A DNA stretch of 64,000 nucleotides from Candidatus Krumholzibacteriota bacterium. Lineage in GTDB: Bacteria; Krumholzibacteriota; Krumholzibacteriia; JAJRXK01. A model generated the notes under the pieces. That model saw nothing but the letters and a program-made list of their open reading frames with translations. It did not search any database and was not told the DNA's origin. This document shows, piece by piece, positions 30,208-45,245 of this stretch. Position 1 is the first letter of the stretch. Each line of letters opens with the position of its first letter. The translations under genes and the position numbers were made by a program. The DNA lies in assembly GCA_963764625.1 (NCBI GenBank), contig CAVXTH010000009.1, positions 832,001 through 896,000 of the forward strand. Direction: 5' to 3'.

Positions 30208-30965
30208 TTTGCGCTGGCGCCACCGACATCGGACAGGTCCGCAAGGTCAATGAAGACAGCATTCTTCTTCTGCCTCAGCACGGTCTCTTCGCGGTCGCAG
30301 ACGGCGTGGGAGGCAGCAAGGGGGGGAAGGTCGCTTCCCAGATGTTGACCGGAGAGTTAGCCCGCGCCGCCCTCTCATCCGCGCACGGACTCTCCTCCGA
30401 GGAGCTGCGCGCCGCCATTCACGAAGTGAACGAGAAGATCAACAAGCTCGGAGAACGCACGCCCTCGCTCTATCGAATGGGAACCACCTGCATCGCCGCG
30501 TCCATCCTGCAGGGAAGCATGGCGTTGGCGCAAGTGGGCGACTCCCGCGCCTATCTGTATCACAACGGAGTCGGCCGTCAGATCACCAATGATCACCGCC
30601 TCGTGCAGGAAATGGTGGACCGTGGAGAGTTGACGGTCCAGGAAGCCGATGATCACCCCATGCGCAACATCCTCACTCGTTGCGTGGGCGGTGCGATGGG
30701 AACCGAGGTCGATCTCTTCGATTATCAGCTACAAGCCGAAGACACGTTCCTGTTGTGCAGCGACGGACTCAGCGACATGGTTCGTCACGAGCAAATCCTC
30801 GATGCGATCTCCTCGGGAGAGCGGCCAGATCGTCTCGTGAACGAGATGATCCAGTTGGCCAACGACTTCGGCGGACAGGACAACGTGTCGGTCGTCGTGG
30901 TGCGCATGCAAGAGAGCGACTTTCTTGCTACGGCCGAGGATGATCCCTTAGCGTCGAAATCCTGA
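30204..30965 (+). CDS. PP2C-family Ser/Thr phosphatase
   Basis: 'R..NED', 'ADGVGG', 'VGDSRAY', 'LCSDGL', 'GGQDN'. Confidence 0.93.
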   Translation: MICAGATDIGQVRKVNEDSILLLPQHGLFAVADGVGGSKGGKVASQMLTGELARAALSSAHGLSSEELRAAIHEVNEKINKLGERTPSLYRMGTTCIAASILQGSMALAQVGDSRAYLYHNGVGRQITNDHRLVQEMVDRGELTVQEADDHPMRNILTRCVGGAMGTEVDLFDYQLQAEDTFLLCSDGLSDMVRHEQILDAISSGERPDRLVNEMIQLANDFGGQDNVSVVVVRMQESDFLATAEDDPLASKS

Positions 30966-31055
30966 TTGAACTGGAGGTCCGCGCACCTGCGCCGTATCAT
31001 CGGGGGGTCGACTGAACACGAACTCGATCCCCCCGTCTCGTGCACTGGAGTCAGC

Positions 31056-31691
31056 ATGCGAACCACAATGCTGCTTTCGTTTCTCTTGTTACTTTCAGCC
31101 TCGATCGCCGGTGCGCAGAGCACCACGCCGGCGCCGGACGCAAATGAGCCCGCGCAAGCACCTGAGACCCAGAAGAAGGAAACCGAGAGTCCAGCTCGAC
31201 TCGCGATCTACTTCGATCTCATCTCTCACTCCAGAAGCCTCGCGGCCAAGCCGGGCGAGCGCGTGAAATTCTCGGTGGTGGCGGAGTCGAGCGCCGGCGG
31301 CATCAAGGCCTGGGAAGCGCGCGTCGTTTTCGGTGAGGGCATCTCGGTCATCGATCGCCAGGCCGATGGCCTCAACCTGGGGGCCTCGCTCGACGAGTGG
31401 CGGGTGGGACTTGGCAAGCAATGCAAGCAGGAGCAGGAGATCGTTCTCGCCACCTACACCGTGACGGTGGCGCCGAATGCTGGTCAGGATCTGGTGTTGG
31501 GATTGGCGCCGGTTTCCAATGGGAGTTTCGATCCCCCAGCCCCGGGATATCTTGCATGCGAAGGGCTTCACGACCTGCGGGCATTCGCCTACGCGGATAC
31601 CGCGGCCGTGATCAATCCGGAGAAAGTCCGCCTCGATGATTCTCCTACGGCGGGGAAGACGCATTTCAAGATGGGGAAGGCCGGAGACTGA
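31056..31691 (+). CDS. Secreted hypothetical beta-sandwich protein
   Basis: Signal peptide 'MRTTMLLSFLLLLSASIAGA', beta-rich body, two Cys. Confidence 0.65.
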   Translation: MRTTMLLSFLLLLSASIAGAQSTTPAPDANEPAQAPETQKKETESPARLAIYFDLISHSRSLAAKPGERVKFSVVAESSAGGIKAWEARVVFGEGISVIDRQADGLNLGASLDEWRVGLGKQCKQEQEIVLATYTVTVAPNAGQDLVLGLAPVSNGSFDPPAPGYLACEGLHDLRAFAYADTAAVINPEKVRLDDSPTAGKTHFKMGKAGD

Positions 31692-31713
31692 TTCCAGGCG
31701 AGGATGCGGGACC

Positions 31714-33513
31714 TCAGTCCAGATGGGCCCGATCGCTGTCTCCCATGACGACCTCGCGCTCGGGGAAGTACTCCTTCCACCGACGGTCCACGCGGCGTGC
31801 CGTCTCCTCGTCGCAGAACAACTCTTGCGGAAACCCCGGTTTCAATCGCGCGTCCAGAACCACCGGTAGAGTGAACGAGGGGTGGAGACGCTCGAGCTCC
31901 ACTTCCGCTGCGTGAAGATCGGCCGCCGGTTCGAAACGGGTGAAGGTGGTCCAGAGGAAACGAGCCTCACTCGTGCTCGCTTTCTGGGCATCGTCGGCCA
32001 GAACCACAAGTGGCCAGCGAGAGAGGGCCTCGTGCCGCGCCACGCGAATCGCGGCCTCGGGCTCCGCCCCGAAGCTGGGCCCGCTCAGGACCAGACAACC
32101 GGGGCAGAATACGTTCGCCTGATCGAAGCCACGCGGAAGCTCGCCCTGAAAACTCTCGGGGAGATCGCGAATCGGCTTTCCCATCCCCAGAAGAACGCCC
32201 TTGGATCCCTCGTTCAGGCGCGGGCCGTTGTAATCCAGAGTGTCCATCGCCAGATTGTCGAATACGTAGAGATCGGTCGCGGGGTTGAAGCGCCGCAACA
32301 CGTGGCTCAGAGTACCCTTGAAATCCTTCAGATCCCGCTTCTCGTCCAATACGAGCAAGAACTTGGTCAACGAGAGCTGTCCCTCGCCGAGAATGCGAAA
32401 CGCGCTCATCATCGCCTCGCGCTTGTAACGCTCCTTCACCACCGCAGCCGCCAAGCTGTGGAAACCGGTTTCTCCGTAGCTCCAGAGATCTTCGACCGAG
32501 GGCATCACGAGAGGAAACACCGGAGAGAGAAGAGTCTGCAGATATTCGCCGATGTAGAAATCTTCCTGCCGCGGCTTTCCCACCACGGTCGCGGGATAGA
32601 TCGCGTCCTTGCGGCGCAGAACGGCCGAGCAGTGGAACACCGGGAATGGATGCTCGAGGGAGTAATAGCCGTAGTGATCGCCGAACGGCCCTTCGGGACG
32701 GCGCTCCTTGGGCCGCACTTCCCCCACCAGCGCGATCTCGCTGGTGGCGAGAATGGGGAGTGGACCGTAGGGGTTTTTTGCCATGGGCAATTTCTCTCCC
32801 GCGAGCATCGAGGCGAGAATCAACTCGGGGAGGTTCTCCGGCAGGGGAGCGATCGCGGCCAGAATGGCCGCGGGGGGGCCTCCCAAAAAGACGTTGACCG
32901 GAAGCGCTCTACCGCGCGACTCGGCCAGATGGTGGTGGAAGCCGCCTCCCTTGCCGATCTGCCAGTGGATCCCGCAGCGGTTCGAGTCGTGGCGCTGCAT
33001 CCGGTAGATTCCCAGATTGTGCGCCGCGGTTTCCGGATCTTCGGTGTAGACCAAAGGGAGGGTGAGGAAAGGTCCCCCGTCCTTCTTCCAGGTGGTGAGT
33101 ACGGGTAACTCGTCCAACCGGGCCGGACTCTGCTTCGACTGGAAGACCGGCCCCGTGCCACGCCGAAGCCCCAGCTTTCGCAGCTCACCGAAGAGCCCGC
33201 GCTGCGCCCAGAGCTTGCTCAGGGTCGGAGGCATGAGCTCCCCTGGGAGCTCGGCAATCCTCTCCACTAGACGACGGGGATGAGGACCGAAGGCCCGCTC
33301 GACGCGCTCGGCCGTGCCGAAAAGATTCGTCACCACCGGAAGTGTTCCCGAGGTGGGCCGGCGGAACAAGAGGACCGGTCCCTCCGCCGCGACGACTCTG
33401 CGATGGATCTCGGCCATCTCGAGATATGGGTCCACCGGCGCGTCGATCTCCACCACCTGTCCGTCGCTCGCGAGGGCGTCGAGAAAGGACCTGAGATCCA
33501 AATGAGAAGCCAT
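31714..33513 (-). CDS. UbiD family (prFMN) decarboxylase
   Basis: 'NLFGT', 'NLGIYRMQ', 'EGPFGDHYGYY', 'GKPRQED'. Confidence 0.92.
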   Translation of the reverse strand: MASHLDLRSFLDALASDGQVVEIDAPVDPYLEMAEIHRRVVAAEGPVLLFRRPTSGTLPVVTNLFGTAERVERAFGPHPRRLVERIAELPGELMPPTLSKLWAQRGLFGELRKLGLRRGTGPVFQSKQSPARLDELPVLTTWKKDGGPFLTLPLVYTEDPETAAHNLGIYRMQRHDSNRCGIHWQIGKGGGFHHHLAESRGRALPVNVFLGGPPAAILAAIAPLPENLPELILASMLAGEKLPMAKNPYGPLPILATSEIALVGEVRPKERRPEGPFGDHYGYYSLEHPFPVFHCSAVLRRKDAIYPATVVGKPRQEDFYIGEYLQTLLSPVFPLVMPSVEDLWSYGETGFHSLAAAVVKERYKREAMMSAFRILGEGQLSLTKFLLVLDEKRDLKDFKGTLSHVLRRFNPATDLYVFDNLAMDTLDYNGPRLNEGSKGVLLGMGKPIRDLPESFQGELPRGFDQANVFCPGCLVLSGPSFGAEPEAAIRVARHEALSRWPLVVLADDAQKASTSEARFLWTTFTRFEPAADLHAAEVELERLHPSFTLPVVLDARLKPGFPQELFCDEETARRVDRRWKEYFPEREVVMGDSDRAHLD

Positions 33514-33647
33514 GCGCACTCCGCCAGCTAGAGGGAAGCGTCAGCCTAGAACGCAACCGGGCCACGGGCAAGCGTTAGGCGATTGCCACCTCCACCGTAG
33601 AGAGTGTAGTTTAGAGGCAAGGAAACTCCCCGCCCGGAGAATTCACC

Positions 33648-34184
33648 ATGGTGAACATCACTCGATGCGCGGTGTGTGGGCGCACCATCCCGGCCAACGG
33701 CGAGGCCTGCGCATACTGCGAGAGCGAGCGCGAGCCGAGTGCCGAGCGCGCCTATCTGCCTCTCACCATGAAGCTCCTGCTCGTCCTCTACGGGGTTGAC
33801 ATCGTCGCTACCGCCATCGTGGCCGGGATCGGTTTCTTTCGCGCGGTCCTGCGCCCGAGTCCGACCATCCTCCTGCCTCTCGTGCTACTGCGGCTCGCTC
33901 TCGCGGTCGCGGCCGGCTGCGGTCTCCTCATGCGCAAGCGCCTGGGGATCTGGCTCGGGCTGGCCTTTCTCTCTCTGGAGATCTTCGGGGTTCTCCTCGG
34001 GTTGGCGCGCGCGATCGATTCCACCTACTGGGGAGAGCCTGGAATCTCGATCCTCTGGAGCGCTCTCTTCTTCTTCCTCTTGCTGCGAGACGAGGTGCGC
34101 GCGTACTTCGATCCCAAGTTCGCCGACCGCCAGGAAGTGCTCCACCTCTTGCGGAGCACCAGGACTCCTCGCTCGTGGAAGTGA
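33648..34184 (+). CDS. Membrane protein with N-terminal zinc ribbon
   Basis: CxxC-x9-CxxC then four hydrophobic helices. Confidence 0.7.
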   Translation: MVNITRCAVCGRTIPANGEACAYCESEREPSAERAYLPLTMKLLLVLYGVDIVATAIVAGIGFFRAVLRPSPTILLPLVLLRLALAVAAGCGLLMRKRLGIWLGLAFLSLEIFGVLLGLARAIDSTYWGEPGISILWSALFFFLLLRDEVRAYFDPKFADRQEVLHLLRSTRTPRSWK

Positions 34185-35780
34185 ACCGACGGGGCACTCT
34201 CCTCCGCGGCGGATTGCTGCGGACCATGGAGGAGACGATCGAAGGCGAGGCCCTTCTGGTTCGGGCGGGTCGCATCGAGGCCATCGGGAGCGAGAAGAGA
34301 CTTGCGCGCGCAGGCGCCCCATGCCGAGTTCGTCGATCTCGGCGGCGCCACGCTCATGCCAGGGTTCATCGATACCCACACCCACTTCTTCGAATGGGCG
34401 CGCAAGCTCTCGGGGATCGATCTGAGCGAGGCGACCACCCTCGAGCAGGTCGAGGCGCGGCTGAGAACCCACCAAGATCCGCATGCACCCCAGGGACTCT
34501 GGTTGGGGGGGAGCGGTTGGGATCCGCGGCTCTTGCGGGGCGAGAAGCGGCTCGATCGCGCGCTCCTGGACCAGATCTTCCCGCACCAGCCGGTGGCGCT
34601 GGAATCGCGCGACTTCCACACTCTGTGGTGCAATACCGCCGCTCTCAAGAGCGCGGGGATCTTCGACGGGGCCCAGGCTCCGGCTGGGGGAGAGATCGGG
34701 CGGAGAGAGGACGGCAGCCCCGACGGCCTCCTCTACGAGACCGCGTGGGAGCTCATCCTGGACGCTCGGCCCGCCGAGGCCGAGGAGATCAAAGAGCTTT
34801 GGTTGAAGAAGGCGATCGACACGGCTCACCGCTTCGGCCTCACCTCCTTTCATAGCATGGAGCCCCTTGGCGCCTTGAGGAGCTATCGCCGGCTCGCGCG
34901 CGAAGGCGAGCTCTGGATGCGCGTGGTCTACCATTCACCGGTGCGAAATCTCGACGAACGCATCGCCCAGAATCGACCCAGTTACCGCGATCGCGATCCG
35001 TGGCTGCGCTTTGGAGGAGTCAAGATCTTCGCCGACGGATCCTTGGGCTCGGCATCGGCTTACATGCTCGAGCCCTATCCCGATGGTAGCAAGGGCCGGC
35101 TCCTGGTGGACGAACCCACTCTGCGAGAGACCATCGTGCGAGCGGGCAGACACCAGATCGCGCCGTCCATTCACGCAATCGGAGACGCGGCGGTGCGGGT
35201 GGTGGTGAACGCGCTTGCCGGCGCGCGTGAGAGCCTGAGAAAAGAGGGTAAGGATCTTCCGCCACTGGCTCGCATCGAACACGCGCAGTGCGTGAGGCCA
35301 CAGGAACTGCGGCGCATGAAGGAGCTCGATCTCACCTGTGCGATGCAGCTGGTCCATCTCCTGGACGATTTTCCCCTGTTGCGCGAACTGTGGGGGGAGC
35401 AAGGACGCCACGCGTATCCCGCACGTGCCCTGCTGCAACAAGGCGTTCGCGTCGTTCTGGGAAGTGACGCTCCGGTGGCGAGCATCGATCCCAGGAAGGG
35501 GATCTGCACCGCGATGACACGACGCCTCCCGGGAATGAAACCCCAAGAGAGCTGGTTCGCCGAGGAGTCGCTGCGCGAGGAAGAAGCCCTTTTGGCCTAC
35601 ACCCGATGGGCCGCCGAATCGGCTGCTTGGGACGACGAATTGGGCTCCCTGAGGCCGGGGAAGCGAGCGGACCTCGTGGGGCTGGAGGCGCCGGCGCCGG
35701 ACGATGCCTTCGGCTGGCTAAAGGCGAGAATTCGCATGACGATGGTCGACGGGAGAATGGTCTACGAGGATCTGCCGTAG
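34181..35780 (+). CDS. YtcJ-like amidohydrolase (Amidohydro_3); frameshift near 34300
   Basis: 'PGFIDTHTH', 'KIFADGSLG', 'HAIGD', 'RIEHAQ', 'GSDAPV'; N-terminus lies in ORF 34175. Confidence 0.88.
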
Positions 35781-36985
35781 CGCCGCTCCACGTACTCGGT
35801 GAGCAGTTTGGCGAAGTCGTCGGCGATGTGATCGCCCTGCAGAGTGGTGAAGAGTTCCCCATCGACGTACACCGGAGCCCGGGGTGATTCGCCGGTGCCC
35901 GGCAGAGAGATCCCGATGTCGGCGTGCTTGCTCTCTCCGGGTCCGTTGACCACGCAGCCCATTACCGCCACATTCATCGCCTCCACTCCGGGATATTCCT
36001 TTCTCCACTGGGCCATCTTCACGCGTAGCTCGCCCTCGATTCGCGCCGCCAGCTCCTGGAAGTAGGTCGAGGTCGTGCGTCCGCAGCCCGGACACGCCGC
36101 CACCTGAGGAGTGAAATTCGCGAGTCCCATCGACTGCAGGATCTGTTGGCAGACGAAAACCTCCTCCGCGCGATCGCCTCCCGGTTGTGGAGTGAGACTC
36201 ACGCGAATCGTGTCGCCGATTCCCTCTTGAAGGAGGATCGCGATGGCGGCGGTGGAGGCCACCATGCCTTTCATCCCCATGCCCGCTTCGGTCAGACCGA
36301 GGTGGAGAGGATAGTCGCACCGGGAGGCGAGTGACTCGTAGACCGCGACGAGGTCCTGCAACGCACTGGTCTTTACGCTGAGGACAATCTGGTCGTGGCG
36401 GAGTCCTTCCGCCTCGGCCGCTTCTGCGCTGTCGAGCGCACTGCGCACCATGGCTTCGCGATACACCGCTCTGAAGTCCAGAGAATCGTCCCTGCCGGCG
36501 TTCTCATCCATGAGGGAGGTGAGCAGGTTCTGATCGAGCGAGCCCCAGTTTACGCCGATGCGGATGGATTTTCCGTGCGCGATGGCGGTCTGGACCATGG
36601 CCTTGAAGTTGAGATCGTGCGTGCGCGAAGTGCCCACGTTTCCCGGATTGATCCGATACTTGTCGAGGGTCTCCGCGCAGCCGGGAAACTCGGCGAGAAG
36701 GCGATGGCCGTTGTAGTGGAAATCTCCGATCAGAGGTACCTGTAGTCCTCGGTCCAGGAGCTTTTTTCTTATGGCGGGAACCGCATTCGCGGCTTGTGGC
36801 GTGTTGACCGTCACCCGCACCAACTGGCTGCCGGCCACAACGAGCTGCGCGATCTGCGCGGCCGTCTGCTCGACGTCCTCGGTGGGCGTGTTCGTCATGC
36901 TCTGCACCACGATGGGGTGGCAGGAGCCGATCGGAACGGAGCCGATCCAACAGCTCGGGGTTTCCCTTCTCGCTCGCGTCATCAC
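35762..36985 (-). CDS. ispG: HMBPP synthase
   Basis: 'VQSMTNT', 'RINPGN', 'RIGVNWGSL', 'HLGLTEAG', 'CPGCGRT', '[10 protein letters not shown]'. Confidence 0.97.
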   Translation of the reverse strand: MMTRARRETPSCWIGSVPIGSCHPIVVQSMTNTPTEDVEQTAAQIAQLVVAGSQLVRVTVNTPQAANAVPAIRKKLLDRGLQVPLIGDFHYNGHRLLAEFPGCAETLDKYRINPGNVGTSRTHDLNFKAMVQTAIAHGKSIRIGVNWGSLDQNLLTSLMDENAGRDDSLDFRAVYREAMVRSALDSAEAAEAEGLRHDQIVLSVKTSALQDLVAVYESLASRCDYPLHLGLTEAGMGMKGMVASTAAIAILLQEGIGDTIRVSLTPQPGGDRAEEVFVCQQILQSMGLANFTPQVAACPGCGRTTSTYFQELAARIEGELRVKMAQWRKEYPGVEAMNVAVMGCVVNGPGESKHADIGISLPGTGESPRAPVYVDGELFTTLQGDHIADDFAKLLTEYVERRYGRSS

Positions 36986-39981
36986 TCTCCCATTTCGTCG
37001 CTTTCGGCCGGGGGCTCGATCCCGGGGGGGAGGATGACCCCGCGGCCGCTCTGACCGTCGATGCGCACCCTCACGGGGGACTTCGTGCGAATGTGCCGCA
37101 CCTGTTCAGTATCGCGTACCGTCGGCTGCGCGGCAAACCAGTCCCAATCGACTCGGCCGTCTCCGAGGTACGGGTTGATGGTGAAGTAGCCGATCCGCAA
37201 GGAGGTGATATTCTGGAAGAAGTGGGTTCCCTGCGAGGGCGTGACGCGGAAATTCTCGATCCCCGCTTCCACGATGACCCGAGCTTGTGAAATTTGCTCC
37301 CAGCTCACCGGGATTCCCAGCCAGGGATCGGCGGACCCCCAGCGTCCCGGGCCGATGAGAATGCAGGGGCGGTTCTCCTCGCGCAGCTGCTCGTTCATTT
37401 CGGCGACCGTCTTGGCGATCTTCATGGTGTGGGCGCTGTCGAATATCGTGGGATCGACGTACACGATGTCACAGATTCCATCGATCACTCCGTTGCCCAG
37501 TGCCTTTTCGCAGTACAACACCGATTTTTCGATCGTAGGCGCGTCGAGTCGGACGTCATCAGGCTCGCCCCCCACCACGAGGCGCCGGATCTGCAGGAAT
37601 CCGAACCAGGCGGGATCGGAGTTGAGGTCGACCGCGAATTCCATCTCGACCGGCGAGCCCATCTCTCGCTTCCCGAGATCGAGGAGACTGCGCAGAATCG
37701 CCGCCAGGGGAAAGGTCTCCGCCTTGAGGATCGGCGCGAAGGTGATGACGGGAGTGGCTCCCGCTCGCATTCCGTCGTAGATGACGTCGTTCTCCAGCGA
37801 GTAGCTGGAACAAACCGGCGCCAGGGTGTTGTCCTCCTTCGCCTCCTTCAGGCCCAGGCAGAGCAGGTTGCTCTCGCCCTCCATCATGGCGGGCATCAAA
37901 TGCGTCCGCCCCAGATCCAGAGCGTAGAAGCGACGCTGCGACGCGCGAAGAGTGGTCTGGGTGCTTCCGAATTCGGGGATGTGCCGGGGATGCACGGGCG
38001 AAAACCTGAGGGCGTCGGCGCCGCTGACCACCTGACGGCCCAGTCCCAGAGCCACCACTGCCAGCCCGTCTTCGTGTTGCATGGGCGCGATGGGATAGAA
38101 GTTGTGGGAGCGAGCGACGCCCGAGAAACTGGGGTAGTAGCGATCGCCGTGCGGGAACCCCACCAATCGCTGCAGAATCACCGCCATCTTCTCGTCCTCG
38201 ACTCGATAGGGCGTGTTCTCCATGTACCGTTTCGAGGCGGTGGAAAAGGTGGACGCATAGACCAGTTTGATCGCCTTGGACAGCTGGGCGAGCCGAACCG
38301 TGGGGTGCGTGTGGTTGTTGGGCACCATGTAGGTGTCGTAGATCCCGGCGAAGGGCTGGAATTGGGAGTCCTCCAACAGGCTGGAAGAGCGCACCGCGAG
38401 TGGATAATCAACTTGCGAAAGGAAGGAGGCGAGGTCGTCCTGGGCCTCGCGCGGCAGGCGTGCCGCCAGGAACGCTCTGGCAATGCGCCGATCGTCTTGC
38501 GCGGTGTAGGCGATCTCGAAGAGATGGTTTTGAGACATGAAGTCGTCGAAGATGTCCGTTCCGATGACCGCGGTTGGCGGAACCTCGATTCGGACCCCGG
38601 GGAACGCTCGCGTCATGCCCTGATGCAGGATGAGGTGGCTGGCGAAAGCGAGACCGCGGCCCTTGCCTCCCAGAGATCCGTGGCCGATGCGGACGAAAGA
38701 GCTGTCCTCGTCGAAACGCCGTGGTGAAAAATCGGCGATCACGCCTCGTTGCGTCTCGAGCCGATGCTGGTTGAAGGTCTTCACCAGATAGCGCCGCAGA
38801 TCGGACATCGACTCGAATTCGCTGACGCGTCGGGGACGAATGAGCGAGGCCAACCCGAATTCGGTGCGCGCTCTCAACCAGTTCGAAAAGTCGTTGCGGC
38901 GCGCGTGATACTCCAACGACGCATCCGGAATCCTCTCCATCTGCTCCTGCAGCGAGCGCAGATCGTTCGCGCGAGCAACCTCGCTGCCGTTGGGAAGTCG
39001 GAAGACGAAATCGCCGAAACCGAAGTTCTTCTCGATGAACTGTTGCAGATCGGTGAGAAGGCTCTGCGAACGCTTGTTGATGTAGTGACCGTTGACCGAC
39101 TCAGCCAGTAGCTGTCCGTTGGCTTGGCTCGATTGCAAAACCACCGGAAGCGTCGGATCCTCGGCGCGGATCGCGCGCACGAAATCGACTCCTGCCTCCG
39201 GGTCGGGCTTGCCGTTGCGAGGAAAACGGACATCACTGATCACGCCCAGCATGTAGCGTTTGTACTTCTGGTACAGCGCCGCGGCCTCTTCGTAGTTTCG
39301 CGCCAGGAGGATCTTGGGGCGTGCGCGCATTCGGAGCAGCCGGTGCGTCACGTTGATGCCCTCGTCCATGAGCGACTGGGTCTGCTTCATGATCTCCGTG
39401 TAGAGCAGAGGCAGATAGAGCGAGGTGAAGCGGATGGAATCCTCGATGAGGAGAATGGTACGGACGCTGGCGACCGAGGTGTCGTGGTCGACGTTCCAAC
39501 GATCTTCGAAAAGTTTGATGACGGCCAGAAAGAGGCCCGTGTCACCCGACCAGGTGAAGATTTCATCGTAGCCCTGCGCCGCGCGGTCGAGCTGGAGGCG
39601 CCGCACTTCACGGGCGTCGAAGGCGAACATCACGACGGGCACGCGGGGGTCGATCTGCTTGATCCGTAGTCCGAAGTCGAAAGCCTCCGCCGAGCCCGAC
39701 CAGAGCATGCTGAGTATCAGATTGAAGTGCTTCTTCTCGATGAATTCGAGCGCCTCTTCCGCCGACGAGGCCCGGGTGATGCTCGGGGCATAGGTCAGAT
39801 TGAGGCTGACATACTCGTTCAGAATCAGTTCGGTGAGGCGTCCGCCTTCCTCGAGGATGAAGGCGTCGTAGGAACTCGCGACCACGAGGATGTCGTGAAC
39901 GCGGTGGGGCATGAGACTGTCGAATGCGGCGGTGAGGTTCCGGATGTTCGCCGGGCCCCCGCCAGGGAGTAGGTCGTGCAT
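36982..39981 (-). CDS. Receiver-domain + PEP/pyruvate-binding (PPDK/PEP-synthase N-terminal) protein
   Basis: Two REC-like domains, '[12 protein letters not shown]', '[10 protein letters not shown]', 'GLG', C-terminal 'SQGTHFF'. Confidence 0.85.
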   Translation of the reverse strand: MHDLLPGGGPANIRNLTAAFDSLMPHRVHDILVVASSYDAFILEEGGRLTELILNEYVSLNLTYAPSITRASSAEEALEFIEKKHFNLILSMLWSGSAEAFDFGLRIKQIDPRVPVVMFAFDAREVRRLQLDRAAQGYDEIFTWSGDTGLFLAVIKLFEDRWNVDHDTSVASVRTILLIEDSIRFTSLYLPLLYTEIMKQTQSLMDEGINVTHRLLRMRARPKILLARNYEEAAALYQKYKRYMLGVISDVRFPRNGKPDPEAGVDFVRAIRAEDPTLPVVLQSSQANGQLLAESVNGHYINKRSQSLLTDLQQFIEKNFGFGDFVFRLPNGSEVARANDLRSLQEQMERIPDASLEYHARRNDFSNWLRARTEFGLASLIRPRRVSEFESMSDLRRYLVKTFNQHRLETQRGVIADFSPRRFDEDSSFVRIGHGSLGGKGRGLAFASHLILHQGMTRAFPGVRIEVPPTAVIGTDIFDDFMSQNHLFEIAYTAQDDRRIARAFLAARLPREAQDDLASFLSQVDYPLAVRSSSLLEDSQFQPFAGIYDTYMVPNNHTHPTVRLAQLSKAIKLVYASTFSTASKRYMENTPYRVEDEKMAVILQRLVGFPHGDRYYPSFSGVARSHNFYPIAPMQHEDGLAVVALGLGRQVVSGADALRFSPVHPRHIPEFGSTQTTLRASQRRFYALDLGRTHLMPAMMEGESNLLCLGLKEAKEDNTLAPVCSSYSLENDVIYDGMRAGATPVITFAPILKAETFPLAAILRSLLDLGKREMGSPVEMEFAVDLNSDPAWFGFLQIRRLVVGGEPDDVRLDAPTIEKSVLYCEKALGNGVIDGICDIVYVDPTIFDSAHTMKIAKTVAEMNEQLREENRPCILIGPGRWGSADPWLGIPVSWEQISQARVIVEAGIENFRVTPSQGTHFFQNITSLRIGYFTINPYLGDGRVDWDWFAAQPTVRDTEQVRHIRTKSPVRVRIDGQSGRGVILPPGIEPPAESDEMGE

Positions 39982-40012
39982 GCCGTCTCTCGCCAATCGA
40001 GGGCTTCTACGA

Positions 40013-40042
40013 ATCGAGGGGCACCCGGGGGCGCCCCTCGAT
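40013..40042 (-). terminator. Hairpin downstream of gdhA
   Basis: ATCGAGGGGC...GCCCCTCGAT 10-bp inverted repeat; weak U-tract. Confidence 0.45.
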
Positions 40043-40070
40043 CCACTCTAACCCAAGTGGCCGATTCCGA

Positions 40071-41429
<1,359 letters not shown>

Positions 41430-41698
41430 CTATGGGTTAGTGCGGGATGGTGGCTTTTGCGAAACACTTGGCGCAAGAGCCGCCCTCGACCACGTGTCAT
41501 GATGGCGCGGCAGCAGAATCACAAGGATCCGGGGATGGTCACCTCGGTCCCACCTGCCTCGCGGCAGCGGAAAAGGTATGTCCGCTCGGGGGGGAATCCA
41601 AGCTCCATCCGTCAGGAAATTGGCCTCAGGAGGAAAGCGAGCCGTGACACGAATTCACAGCTGGCGGGGTCGGGGTGAGCTTTCAAGATCAACGAGAA

Positions 41699-41730
41699 GA
41701 AAGGGCCATCGCGTCTGCGACGGCCCTTTC
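41699..41730 (-). terminator. Intrinsic terminator after tRNA
   Basis: GAAAGGGCC...GGCCCTTTC inverted repeat immediately 3' of tRNA CCA. Confidence 0.75.
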
Positions 41731-41733
41731 AAA

Positions 41734-41810
<77 letters not shown>

Positions 41811-41851
41811 CCAATTCCAGGGCGGCAAGCTAGCGAGGAATCCCGGGAGTG

Positions 41852-43683
<1,832 letters not shown>

Positions 43684-43915
43684 TCAAGCAGAGCCCCGAG
43701 GCGGATCAAACGCTTGACCGCCATTGGTTTATCGCGATTCTGGAGAGGCGGGCCGCGGCAGCGTCCCAGGGTATGAAACAAGCTCGAGCGCTCCGGCGTA
43801 GGGAAAGTCTGCCGCTCAGCGGGCCCAGCTCCTTGCGCCACAGTTCTTTGGGAGCGTGGGGAGGGGTCGCGACTTCGCGAGTGGTGGAGTCGCCTGTCCG
43901 CCGGGGGTAGGCACC

Positions 43916-44500
43916 TTGGAGAAAGATCGCCTGGTGATCGTCCGGGCCCGGCGCGGAGAGCAGAGCGCGTTCGCCGAGCTGCTCCGTCGCTATCGAGCAC
44001 CTGTCTTCAACTTGTGTCTTCGCATGTTGAAGAACCGCGACGACGCGGAAGACTTGACTCAGGACGTCTTCATCAAGGTGTTCTCGATGCTCGAACGATA
44101 CGACGATCGGTACGCGTTTCGCAGCTGGGTGTTCAAGATCGCCGCGAACCAGTGTATCGACTTCATCCGGAAGAACCGGGTGAAGCTCTGCGTCTCGACG
44201 AGCCGGTCCACTATCGGGGAGAGGAGATCGAGCGGCAGCTCCCGGACGAAGCGCCAGCTCCCGATGAAGAACTCCATCGGCGTGAAGTGGGGAAGCTTGC
44301 TGAGAGAATTGACGGATGAGTTGCCTCCGCATTACCGCGCCATCATCGTGCTGCGGCATCAGGAGCAACTCAGCTACGAGGAGATCGCCGAAATGCTGGA
44401 GCTCCCCTTGGGTACGGTCAAGGCACGCATCCATCGGGCGAGAGCGATGATGAAGGAAAAGCTGATCAAGCGGAGGATGCTATCGCGTCTTCTCCACTGA
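43916..44500 (+). CDS. ECF RNA polymerase sigma factor (SigW/RpoE-like); internal compensated frameshift
   Basis: 'DAEDLTQDVF', 'F.SW.FKIAAN', 'LSYEEIA..L.LPLGTVKARIHRAR'. Confidence 0.9.
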   Translation: MEKDRLVIVRARRGEQSAFAELLRRYRAPVFNLCLRMLKNRDDAEDLTQDVFIKVFSMLERYDDRYAFRSWVFKIAANQCIDFIRKNRVKLCVSTSRSTIGERRSSGSSRTKRQLPMKNSIGVKWGSLLRELTDELPPHYRAIIVLRHQEQLSYEEIAEMLELPLGTVKARIHRARAMMKEKLIKRRMLSRLLH

Positions 44501-44588
44501 AGGAGAGTCGGCATGAATGGTGCGACCAGGATGGAGCGGACGAGAGTTCGGACCAAGAGAAGGGCAAGGCATGGCAGTGGAGGTCGTC

Positions 44589-45245
44589 ATGAGTGACACT
44601 TACGAATTTGAGAGCAACCCGGATCGTTTGCTCCAGCGCTACCTCGATGGAGACCTCTCCAATCGCGAGGCCACGAGGATCTTCCTTCAGGCCGAGAAGG
44701 ATCCGAAGCTCGCGCGCGAACTCGCCGAGTACCGCCAGCTCTTCAAGCTTCTGGATCAGGATCCGCGCGACGAACCTTCGCCAGCGATGGATGCGAGAGT
44801 GATGCAGGCAGTTCCCTACGAGAGATACGCGAGCGCGCCGCGCCGAGCGCTGCCCGTGTTGATCCTGGGTTCGAAGATGCCGGGATTCCTGGTGAGAAGT
44901 CTGGGCCTGTTCCGTTCGGGAGTGGCTGCCCTCATGGTGGCCTACTCGCTGTTCTTGCTGGTCAGCCACAGCTTTCTCCAGCGGACGGTTGGGGGAGGAG
45001 CACTCGCGCTGCGGGACGCGCTCGACGGTTGGGCGGAGAATACGGTTCACGTACCGGTTTTCTCGCAGGTGGTGTCCTTCTTGGCTTCAGCCTACGACGC
45101 ATCGATCAGATTCGTCGCCCGCCTGAGCGAGACCTGGGGTACACCGGCGGTCACTCTCGCCCTGGGGCTCTTGCTCGCGGCCCTGGTTCTCGCGGTGGCA
45201 AGCAAGGGTCGGCGTGGTCTTCGGGACAAGGGGTCTCATGCCTGA
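44589..45245 (+). CDS. Putative membrane anti-sigma factor
   Basis: 'LLQRYLDGDLS' anti-sigma-domain-like N-terminus, TM helices, follows ECF sigma. Confidence 0.7.
   Translation: MSDTYEFESNPDRLLQRYLDGDLSNREATRIFLQAEKDPKLARELAEYRQLFKLLDQDPRDEPSPAMDARVMQAVPYERYASAPRRALPVLILGSKMPGFLVRSLGLFRSGVAALMVAYSLFLLVSHSFLQRTVGGGALALRDALDGWAENTVHVPVFSQVVSFLASAYDASIRFVARLSETWGTPAVTLALGLLLAALVLAVASKGRRGLRDKGSHA

Noticed and set aside
34175-34320. Programmed ribosomal frameshift in the amidohydrolase (or other split genes)
   Set aside because: No clear slippery heptamer with stimulator seen. Sequencing error is simpler.
44513-44596. Arg-rich 27-aa ORF between sigma and anti-sigma
   Set aside because: It has an RBS-like sequence but is too short and featureless. 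It may be spacer or an indel-shifted gene end.
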